DNA from: Candidatus Falkowbacteria bacterium
Lineage (GTDB): Bacteria; Patescibacteriota; Patescibacteriia; XYB2-FULL-38-15
DNA: 60,671 bases
Direction: 5' to 3'
Assembly (NCBI GenBank): GCA_016214745.1
Contig: JACRNW010000009.1
Span: 1-60,671, forward strand
Shown: positions 1-8,400 of the stretch, piece after piece
Layout of the letters: each line of letters opens with the position of its first letter
How positions within the stretch are numbered: position 1 is the stretch's first letter
Notes under the pieces: generated by a model
Seen by the model: the letters and a program-made list of their open reading frames with translations, nothing else
Told to the model about the DNA's origin: nothing
The model's database searches: none
Position numbers and translations under genes: made by a program

Positions 1-10
1 AAACAAATAA

Positions 11-123
11 CCCCGCACCAAGCCTTAGTACAAATAATACTTCAACGCAACGGGAGCCGCAGGCGTTTCCGTGATTTATATTTTTTATTATGGTCCATCA
101 TTCTTCGGGCTTTGGTGCTGGGG
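11..123. repeat. long imperfect hairpin element; arms CCCCGCACCAAGCC (11..24) and GGCTTTGGTGCTGGGG (108..123)
   Basis: The arms are reverse-complementary apart from two bulged A. The G/C clamp resembles the CCCCCAC hairpin family seen elsewhere in the window. Confidence 0.55.
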
Positions 124-141
124 TTTCTACCTTAAACCAGC

Positions 142-176
142 AAAAAAAAGACCGGGCTTTGTTTATTACCCAGTCT
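142..176 (-). terminator. intrinsic terminator after the 190..468 ORF
   Basis: The minus strand reads AAGACTGGG..CCCGGTCTTTTTTTT: a stem with one mismatch followed by a T-run. Confidence 0.55.
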
Positions 177-189
177 TGTCCTCCTTTTG

Positions 190-468
190 TCACTTCTTCG
201 CACACTTCTTGGCGCGTTTCTCCGTGAGAAACTGGCGCAAACCCCCGCAGGTCGCAACCTCCTTCGGAACGTCGTCGTGCCATCCGCAACAGTCGCAGAT
301 CACGGTCCAACCGGCGGCCACCGCGTAGGAATGGATCATGCCCGTGCAATCGCCCCACTCATGACGGCCGAGCACCCCGTCAGCCGGAAGCGGACTCTCT
401 TCGGCGAGATCCGACCCTTCCGGAAAGATGAGCGTCTCGCCCGTCTCGTTCAGTTTGATCGGCTTCAT
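190..468 (-). CDS. small Cys/His-containing protein (92 aa), paralog of 468..737, no recognised family
   Basis: It starts MKPIKLNETGET, preceded by AAGGAGA. Its ATG overlaps the upstream stop as TGATG. It is GC-rich and contains an ICDCCG motif. Confidence 0.65.
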   Translation of the reverse strand: MKPIKLNETGETLIFPEGSDLAEESPLPADGVLGRHEWGDCTGMIHSYAVAAGWTVICDCCGWHDDVPKEVATCGGLRQFLTEKRAKKCAKK

Positions 469-737
469 CAGCGTCTCCTTCTTCGCGAACTCTTGACGCT
501 CTTCACGTGAGCGCGCAGCCGGCCCATGGTGTTCACATTGGACGGAACGGCGATGAGCCGTCCGCAATCCGCGCAGTTCACCGAGAGCATCTCCTCCGAG
601 ATCCGGACGACGTGGACTGCTCCCCCACAGAGGCGGTGAATCCCGAAGAAGACATGGACGGACCACTCTTCGCAAAAGGCTTTGCCATCGGGCCGGCAGA
701 TCGTGTCTCCCTCTTCGTTCAAACGGATCGGTTTCAT
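468..737 (-). CDS. small Cys/His-containing protein (89 aa), paralog of 190..468
   Basis: An internal start gives MKPIRLNEEGDT, preceded by AAGGAGGAG. It contains an NCADCG motif and has a TGA stop at 468..470. Confidence 0.65.
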   Translation of the reverse strand: MKPIRLNEEGDTICRPDGKAFCEEWSVHVFFGIHRLCGGAVHVVRISEEMLSVNCADCGRLIAVPSNVNTMGRLRAHVKSVKSSRRRRR

Positions 738-760
738 CTTCTCCTCCTTTTCTGCCAAAA

Positions 761-789
761 ATTTAACACTTAAAAATTAAAATGTCAAG
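761..789 (-). promoter_or_regulatory. sigma70-like promoter, TTGACA-N17-TAAATT (minus strand)
   Basis: The hexamers read directly on the reverse complement. The same module occurs at 19531..19559. Confidence 0.5.
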
Positions 790-861
790 CCCATCCCGCT
801 CTTACGAAACGCTCTTTGATAAGGTATAATAAATAATAAAGATAAAAAATAATTTTAAAAT

Positions 862-3273
862 ATGACTAATCAAATCGGACTGACTTCAAATGAGGCGAAA
901 TCTAAACTCGCCGAATTCGGCCCAAACCAGATTTACAAACCCACCGGGGTCAATTTTTGGACTATTGCCCGCCAAGAAGTGACTGAACCTATGATTCTGC
1001 TTCTTCTTGTCGTGGGATTTTTTTATAGTCTCTGGGGAAAATTGGAAGACGCCATCACAATTTTTGTCGTAATTTTTCTTTTGGTCCTGGCCGAGGTTTG
1101 GAATGAATTCCGGGCGAAACGTGCCATCGCCGCGCTGGAAAAACTCGCCGCGCCAAAAACAAAAGTTTTTCGCGACGGCGCGATAACGGAAATTAATTCC
1201 GAAGAAGTCGTGCCCGGTGATATTTTAATTTTAACGGTGGGCACAAAAATCGCCGCCGACGCCAAAATAAAAAAATCTCTCGGGCTTGCGCTTGACGAGT
1301 CAGCCCTGACCGGCGAATCTTTTCCTAAAGAAAAAAAGCTGGACGAAGAAATTTTTGCCGGCACGACGGTAGTCGCGGGCGTTGCGGAGGCCGAGGTCAC
1401 AAAAACCGGCAAAATGACGCGCCTGGGCGAACTCGCCGCCGCCGCCAAAATCATCAAGCCGCCGAAAACCGCCCTGCAGCTGGCCATGAAATCTTTGTCT
1501 AAAAAAATGGTTTACGTGGCCGTCTTTTTTTCCGTTTTAATTCCCACGATCGGTATTTTGCGCGGCGAAGATCTCCGGACCATGATTTTAACCGGCCTTT
1601 CTTTGTCCTTTGCCACGATCCCCGAAGAATTGCCGATTATTATTACCATGATTTTGGGATTGGGCGCTTATACCCTTTCCAAAAATAATTTTTTAGTCAA
1701 AAAAATAAAAGTAGCGGAAACCTTGGGCAATGCCACGGTAATTGTGACGGACAAAACCGGCACCATCACTGAAAATAAATTAAAAATTGCCGCGGCGATT
1801 CCGGCGGGCAAGGAAAAAAATATTTTAGAAACGGCTCTGGCCGCGATGAGCGAATTTTCTCTTTTCCCGCTTGACCAGGCGATTGAAGACAATGCTAAAG
1901 AGCTTGGAATTTCGACGCCGGGAAAATTATTTCATCAAAGAGATCTTGGCGACGGAAGAAAAACCAAATCAGCCGTCCGGAAAACCGGCGACGGCTTTGA
2001 ACTTTTTGCTTCCGGCGCGCCGGAAGAAATTCTCGCCATGTGCCGAGCCGATAGCGCGGGCATCGCGGCGGAACTTCTGCGCCAAACCGGCCTTGGAAGA
2101 CGGGTAATCGCCGTGGCTAAAAAAACTCTCGCGCCGGGCGAGGAAAATTTTGACTTTATAAAATTGGAAAAAGAAATGAATTTTGTCGGCCTTTTAAGTT
2201 TTGAAGATCCACCCCGCGCCGGCGTTCGAGAAACTATCCTTCAGGCGGCCCGGGCCGGCGTCCGGACAATTATGGTAACCGGCGACCATCCTTTAACCGC
2301 CATTTTTATCGCCAAATCCGTCGGCATCACGGGCAACGGAAAAGTTTTGACTGGCGCGGAATTGGATAAATTAAACGATGCGGGACTTCAAGAAACCGTT
2401 AAAACTGTTTTTGTTTTTGCCCGCACCACGCCGGAACATAAATACCGCCTGGTCCAGGCCTTGCAAAAAAACGGCGAGGTGGTAGCTGTTACCGGCGACG
2501 GAATTAATGACGCGCTAGCGCTCCGAGGCGCGGACATTGGCATTGCTATGGGAAAACGCGGTACGGACGTAGCCAAAGAAGCCGCCGAAGTGGTCCTCGC
2601 CGACGATAATTACGTCACTATTGCCCAAGGAATTTTTGAAGGCAGAAAATTTTTTGATAATTTGAGCAAAGGCATTAAATATTATCTTTCAGTTAAAGTC
2701 GCGCTTGTCCTTATTTTTCTTCTGCCCGTAATTTTAGGTATACCGACGCCCATGTCGCCAATCCAAATTATTATTTTGGAATTATTTATGGATCTCGCCG
2801 CCTCAGCCGGTTTCATTTCCGAACCGAAAGAAAAAAATATTTACGCTCGGCCGCCGCGCGACCCAAAAGAAAAGGTTTTCAACGCTCGTGCCCTCCGCGA
2901 CATTATCTTGAAGGGACTGACGCTTTTTGCTTCGGTCACAATCGTGTATTTTTACGCCCGCTCCAAAAATTTTGAACTTCATGAAGCGCAAACTTTTGCC
3001 TTCACGGCCTGGATTTTTGGACACATTATTTTGGCCTTTGTTTCGCGAAGCGACCGGGAACCGCTTTTTTCTCTGGGATTTTTTACCAACAAAATTATTA
3101 ATTTTTGGGCTGTCGCCGCCATTGCTTTTCTCTTTTTTGCAATCTTCCTGTCGCCGCTCGGCGCGCGGTTTAATCTTGCTCCGATTAATTTGTCGCAAAT
3201 ATTTTTAATCGCTCTCGTGCCGCTCGTGATTATACTCCCGCTCGAAATTAGAAAATTATTTTACTCGCGATAG
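862..3273 (+). CDS. P-type cation-transporting ATPase (P2-type-like)
   Basis: It contains the DKTGTITENK phosphorylation motif, TGDHPLTA and VTGDGINDALAL, with multiple TM segments at the N- and C-terminal ends. Confidence 0.95.
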   Translation: MTNQIGLTSNEAKSKLAEFGPNQIYKPTGVNFWTIARQEVTEPMILLLLVVGFFYSLWGKLEDAITIFVVIFLLVLAEVWNEFRAKRAIAALEKLAAPKTKVFRDGAITEINSEEVVPGDILILTVGTKIAADAKIKKSLGLALDESALTGESFPKEKKLDEEIFAGTTVVAGVAEAEVTKTGKMTRLGELAAAAKIIKPPKTALQLAMKSLSKKMVYVAVFFSVLIPTIGILRGEDLRTMILTGLSLSFATIPEELPIIITMILGLGAYTLSKNNFLVKKIKVAETLGNATVIVTDKTGTITENKLKIAAAIPAGKEKNILETALAAMSEFSLFPLDQAIEDNAKELGISTPGKLFHQRDLGDGRKTKSAVRKTGDGFELFASGAPEEILAMCRADSAGIAAELLRQTGLGRRVIAVAKKTLAPGEENFDFIKLEKEMNFVGLLSFEDPPRAGVRETILQAARAGVRTIMVTGDHPLTAIFIAKSVGITGNGKVLTGAELDKLNDAGLQETVKTVFVFARTTPEHKYRLVQALQKNGEVVAVTGDGINDALALRGADIGIAMGKRGTDVAKEAAEVVLADDNYVTIAQGIFEGRKFFDNLSKGIKYYLSVKVALVLIFLLPVILGIPTPMSPIQIIILELFMDLAASAGFISEPKEKNIYARPPRDPKEKVFNARALRDIILKGLTLFASVTIVYFYARSKNFELHEAQTFAFTAWIFGHIILAFVSRSDREPLFSLGFFTNKIINFWAVAAIAFLFFAIFLSPLGARFNLAPINLSQIFLIALVPLVIILPLEIRKLFYSR

Positions 3274-3340
3274 AAATACTCCGTGTTCTCTGCGCTCGCT
3301 CGTCCCGCCCTGGCGGGATCTCACTCGTTTGATAATAAAA
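3274..3340. repeat. copy 1 of a 3-copy conserved element with a variable central hairpin
   Basis: The sequence is AAATACTCCGTGTTCTCTGCGCTCGCTCG, then TCCCGCC-CT-GGCGGGA, then TCTCACTCGTTTGATAATAAA. It aligns to 24033..24099 and 58251..58324. Confidence 0.85.
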
Positions 3341-3371
3341 AAAGCGCCGAAAGCAGTGATGCTCGCGGCGC
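3337..3371 (-). terminator. intrinsic terminator of the Cys-rich ORF
   Basis: The minus strand reads GCGCCG...CGGCGC followed by TTTTTTT. Confidence 0.55.
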
Positions 3372-3481
3372 CCGACACGACAAGTCGGACTTGTGTCTTC
3401 CCTCCCTACTTCTTCCTATCGGAAACTTCCGGCACCTAGTGCAGGAGCAAAAACGCTCGGCCGACGCAGCGCAGGCAGCCG

Positions 3482-3733
3482 CTACGCGGCGCGGCTCATC
3501 CTCTTTGCCCGCTTCTTCGGCTGCCGAGCCAAGAGCGCCGCGCCATCCGCGGTCGCCTCGCCCAGCATCCAGGGCTCGAGTTCCACCTTGGGCAAGAACT
3601 GCATGCCGCCGCACTTGCCGCAGACCCCGCCATGCTGAATGCAAGCGCAACATCCGCACTTCCCGCTGCACCCACAGTGGTCGCAGGGAATTCCCTTGGC
3701 CGCGACTTCTCCAAGTATTCTCCTCGTCGACAT
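3482..3733 (-). CDS. Cys-rich small protein (83 aa), unknown family
   Basis: GGAGAGAGGAGAG lies upstream of the ATG. The protein has a CDHCGCSGKCGCCACIQHGGVCGKCGG core, and the ORF sits in a GC-rich island. Confidence 0.6.
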   Translation of the reverse strand: MSTRRILGEVAAKGIPCDHCGCSGKCGCCACIQHGGVCGKCGGMQFLPKVELEPWMLGEATADGAALLARQPKKRAKRMSRAA

Positions 3734-3804
3734 TCTCTCCTCTCTCCTTCCCTTTCCCCCGGGTTAACACTGGTTCCCGATCCCGTGCCAAACACAATAT
3801 CAAT

Positions 3805-3833
3805 AAATTATCACTCTGAAAATTTTTTGTCAA
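3805..3833 (-). promoter_or_regulatory. sigma70-like promoter (TTGACA, then an AT-rich -10 within GTGATAATTT)
   Basis: The hexamers read on the reverse complement upstream of 3482..3733. Confidence 0.4.
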
Positions 3834-3844
3834 GATAAATTTGA

Positions 3845-3874
3845 AAAAGCCTGCCGTAAGAGCAGGCTTTTTTG
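3845..3874. terminator. bidirectional hairpin terminator
   Basis: The sequence is AAAAAGCCTGC-cgtaaga-GCAGGCTTTTTT. It lies directly downstream of the minus-strand gene ending at 3914. Confidence 0.7.
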
Positions 3875-3913
3875 CTTTTTATTTTTAGATGATATTTTAC
3901 TTCGCCAACCTGT

Positions 3914-5107
3914 TTATTGACCAACTTCTTCCGCAAGCAATTCTTTCCCCTTACCGGCCCATTCCTCTTCTCCATAATACTCCATTTCAAGAATGTAGTC
4001 GGCAATAACGCTTTCACGCTGATCTTTTTCGGAGAGCGACAATAAATATTTCGTGAGAAATTCGTACTGGACGGCTAATCTTTTTTCATCATCTTCTATT
4101 TGGAGCCAAAGATTATTTTCAAATGCCCATAAGACAAACTCTGAATCATTTTTCTTTTCATCAATTATTTCCAAAAGTTTTTCCTGCGCCGCCCCTTCCG
4201 TTACTCCCGAATAATCATCTTTTGAAAGAAGACCTTTGATGGGGTTAATCATTTTATCAAGATACTCGCCAAGATATTCTTCGGCGTACGAAATATCTTG
4301 CACGGTGTAGGCCGGCCGCATCACGAGACGAATTCGCTCCGGATGATCGGTAAAATCCATGGCGGAAAGCGCGTCAGTGAGCGCCTGCACTTCAGTAAAA
4401 GACAAATCTGTTTTAACTGTTTTATACAATATATATTGCAACGCCACGTCTGTTACTGAACTTTTCTTCGGTATAAACTTTATCATCATCTGTTTTATAA
4501 AAGTTGAATGGTTGTGCGCCCGCTGCGGTTCGCCGATAGCGTACCCTTGGCGCTGCCGGAGCCACTCTAACGTTTCCGCGGTCGGAAGATCTAAATTACG
4601 AAAAATTCCGAGCGCCTCGGAAAAACCTAAAACCACAAGATAATCCGCCTTTGCCCCAAGAATTTTTTCTATCTGCCCGATACCATATTCAAGTCCGCCG
4701 ATGGAGCACGCTTTTGATACGTAATAATCCGAAGACAAATATTTGCCTCCGGGCGGCAACGGAGAATAAGTGCCGCGCGGCACGGCCGTGATAGTTACTT
4801 CCTGTTTTTCCCGGTCAATCGTAATCAGCTGAATGGCGTCGCAATGTCCATCAACTTGGCCAACCCGCCGGTCAAGCCCGATTACAAGCACACGAGCGAT
4901 TTCATCTTTGCCAAAGGGATCGGCCGGCTCGCTTTTTTCCCTTTCATCGCGGCGTGAATCAAGAAACTGCTCAATTTCTTTATTTAAAAATTCTGTTTTT
5001 TCCCGTTCCGCCGACTGCGCCCGATACGAAGACAACCCGTACACTGCAAACCAAGTGCCGAGACCGATAATCAATATTGCTAAAATAATTAAAATTATTC
5101 TTTTCAT
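3914..5107 (-). CDS. LytR-CpsA-Psr (LCP) family envelope glycopolymer transferase-like protein
   Basis: It has an N-terminal TM anchor. The segment VLVIGLDRR..DGHCDAIQLITID..VTITAVPRGT fits the LCP domain pattern. Confidence 0.7.
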   Translation of the reverse strand: MKRIILIILAILIIGLGTWFAVYGLSSYRAQSAEREKTEFLNKEIEQFLDSRRDEREKSEPADPFGKDEIARVLVIGLDRRVGQVDGHCDAIQLITIDREKQEVTITAVPRGTYSPLPPGGKYLSSDYYVSKACSIGGLEYGIGQIEKILGAKADYLVVLGFSEALGIFRNLDLPTAETLEWLRQRQGYAIGEPQRAHNHSTFIKQMMIKFIPKKSSVTDVALQYILYKTVKTDLSFTEVQALTDALSAMDFTDHPERIRLVMRPAYTVQDISYAEEYLGEYLDKMINPIKGLLSKDDYSGVTEGAAQEKLLEIIDEKKNDSEFVLWAFENNLWLQIEDDEKRLAVQYEFLTKYLLSLSEKDQRESVIADYILEMEYYGEEEWAGKGKELLAEEVGQ

Positions 5108-5228
5108 GTTATTTCATTTTACCTCGCCAAGCGAAAAAAAACTACAAACGGTCAAGGGATAACAAAAACCGCCTCGACGGCAGGCAAAATTTTCAAATGG
5201 TGTTTGTTGAAAAAAGTCAGAACACATT

Positions 5229-5256
5229 TTGAACAAAATCCCGAATGTGGTACAAT
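5229..5256 (+). promoter_or_regulatory. candidate promoter TTGAAC-N16-TACAAT with an upstream TG
   Basis: It is read directly and lies about 160 nt upstream of the giant ORF. Confidence 0.45.
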
Positions 5257-5324
5257 ACAAATGTAAAAATCCTCTTATGCAAAGCCAAAAACACACAAAT
5301 AAACCAAGTCAGCGGCGCGACACC

Positions 5325-5345
5325 GAGAGAGAGAGAGAGAGAGAG
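5325..5345. repeat. (GA)10 dinucleotide microsatellite
   Basis: The sequence is GAGAGAGAGAGAGAGAGAGAG, about 70 nt upstream of the ATG at 5417. Confidence 0.95.
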
Positions 5346-5416
5346 TAAACCGCGCGCCACGAATTTTCAAACTTGTATATTTAGCACGCTTGGCGTGCTT
5401 TTTTATATTTTAAATT

Positions 5417-8400
5417 ATGCCGCTTCTTAATCAAGAACAAAATAAAGCTCACAACTCACACGCGCTCAATTTGCGGCAGACAGAGCGGAAAAAGGCGCAG
5501 AAAGAGCAAAAACGACGTTTGGCTTGCAAAGACCTGCAATGTTATTTAGGCGTTCATTGCTCAAATGCCCACCCGATATTAAAAATATTTAAAAAATTTT
5601 GGCATTGTTTAAAGTGGGCGATAAAACTTCTCGTGCCTGATTTTTTGATTGGCCATCCGAATTTATGGGATAACCTCAAAACCCTCCGCAAACATCCGCA
5701 ATTCAAGCCCCTGCGCATGGCGCTCGTGGCTTGGCTGATTTTTTTCTTGACCACCGGCTCTTTGTGGGGAATTTTTATTTTTAGAACTTATGCTGCCGCC
5801 GGATCAGGAGCGTTCAAGAATTGTGAATCCCAGGGTGCTTGCACTGGCGGCGGCACGCCGAGCGCAAACGACCCGGATGGAAACACAACATTGAGCACTG
5901 AACGAGTATGGTTAAGAACCACCCACAATACCAACACCGTAGATCCTGGCTTCAGTTATTCAGGCGGGGGCGAAGGGTCGGGAAACAGTATTGAGGTGTG
6001 GCTTTCCACTTCTTTGGCTACAGGGCATGCCACGTGGGCACCAAACGTTACCGTAACCGTACAATATTCTACTGATAACGGCGGAAGTTGGAGTAATGTC
6101 ACTGGCTTTCCTCAAACAGTTACTCCCACTTGGGCCGACGCCCTTGCGCAAACCAGCAACAGAGTGCAAATAACCGCTACTCTTCCCACGAGCGGCGATA
6201 TTGATAAATATAGGTTTAAGGCGGAATCAACAGAAATGGGGAGCAGCGACCCCATCAGCGTAACCCAAGATCCAGCGCAGTCAAATTTAAAGTTTGCCGT
6301 TTCTCCCACGACTGACTCGTCAAATTATAATCCCACGGCAACAATAAATGGCGTAACTACTACGGTTACGGTTACCGGCACTCTTACTTATGACTGGGGC
6401 GCCACGCCGGCTGATTACGGAGGAACCGGCGAAACAGTAACAGCCACTGTTAAAGATCAAAACAACGCCACCCAGCAGTCCCCCACTGGAACCATCAACG
6501 CCGACGGCACATTTTCTATACCTTTCAACTTGCCCAACGCGGCCGAGTTTGGTCAATGGACAGTGCTTGTTGATTACAGTCACAACCAAGACGCAGTCAC
6601 ACAAGGCAACGACACCTTTCTCGTCAATCTCGCCTTTTCCGATGTAACCTATCAGGTTTTTCAAAACGATGTGTCTGGCGGCACAAAAGAATCCAACAAC
6701 ACTGGCACCGCCAATATGGGCGTGCCGATTTTCATTACTGCCACACCATTTAACAATCCCGACAATGACAGCTTAACCGGTGTACAAATCCACTGGAATG
6801 TGTCTTCCCCGCCGGCAAATCAAACTTTTGCCGCCTGCACGACCTCCTGTACCAAAGAAATTACCGTGCCCACCGGCGCCGGAAATGCCGGAGCCGCAGA
6901 AATTGAAATCACCGGCACTGAACAAAACGGCAGTAACCCGGCCGCGACAGTTTCATCATCAATTTCAGGCTTTTCCGACCGCGCCATCACTCTTTCTACG
7001 GCTTGGAAATACTCAACCGTAAATACATCAATTGATAACGGCATTACCACAGATCATGATGTTTATAATCTTGGTGAAACGGTTAATTCTAACTTTTATC
7101 TCTACAATGTTCGCGACCAATTAGTTAAAGGCGAGGCAGCCGGCTCTTTAACTTTGGAAATTATTAAAGCGTCCGGAGGAAATGACACGTCTGTGGCGGG
7201 CGAGACCGTTGATGCCAATGGCTATGTTGCATGGAGTTATCTAACTTCTTCAAGCCATCAATACGCAAATGATGCGGTTGGCAGTACAAAACAGTTAAAA
7301 ACCATCGACGCCGACGGAAATACCGTAACTAGCGGAAACGAATGGGCGCTTTCCTCACTTTTGACCGTTGATAACATCTGGCACTCTAAATTGACTTCCG
7401 ACCCGTCTGAAGCAACCCAGTTTTTTATTGGCGCGGACAATATGCAGGTGAAAACGCACGTGTTGAATGTTCGGAACGAAAATAAGTCAGGCGCCGATGT
7501 CGCCCATGAAGTGCGCGACCCGGACAACAACCTCAACACTTCCTGGACAAATGCTACGGGGGCGGACGGCTGGACCGCTTTTCAAAAAGTTGTGCCTGAA
7601 GCGCCGGCTGGCGCTTGGTCGCTTAAAGCCACTGCCTCTGACGCGAGCGGCAATTCCTCGGCAACCGCCACGGAAAGTATTTCTTATGTCAGCGCCTATA
7701 CCGCAAAATACGGCATTCGCACAGTTGGCTGGAATCAGGAATATCACAAGGGTGATACTGCGACCTTCACTATTCAACTCTTGGAAAAAGACTCAAATGA
7801 TGATTGGTCCGCGGTTAATCCTGATACCGGCACAACGCCGTACTATGAAATTCAGTATTGGACAGGAAGCGCGTGGTCTTCGGTAGTGGGTCGAACCAAT
7901 ATGGATGAAAAAATTGCAAGTTCAACATGGGAGAAAAGTTACGCTATTCCTAACAGCGACACAGTCATCGGCAGAAAATATTCCATCACCTTTAATGCCA
8001 AGCTAGGCGGCGCGCAAATCGCCCAACTAAAAGAATTTGCTGTTGTGCAGCTAAGAGCCGGCGATCCGATGACCGTTGCCGCCTCGCCAGTACGAGCAGC
8101 CCCAAATGATACAGTAAAAGTAACAATTCGCGAAGCAAACCTTGATGCTACCGTACTTACCGGCAACGCGGCGAACACTTTTATTTATATTTACGATTCC
8201 AATAACACCTTACAAGTGAACGGCGCAAATCCCACAGAATTAGCAAATGGCGCTTATTATTACGATTATACTTTAGGCGCCTCGCCGATGAGCGGTGTTT
8301 GGCAAGCAGTGGTAAAAGTTACCATTGGCGGCAGCGATTATGCCGCGGCAACCAATTTTCAGATTGATTATCAATTGGCGAAAGAAACAACTGCACAAGA

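Noticed and set aside
3283-3838. Several long overlapping ORFs on both strands (3283..3819+, 3321..3833-, 3393..3638+, 3496..3795-).
   Set aside because: They are typical high-GC artefacts. Only 3482..3733(-) has a ribosome-binding site, a promoter and a terminator in the right places. The others lack start context and overlap it extensively.
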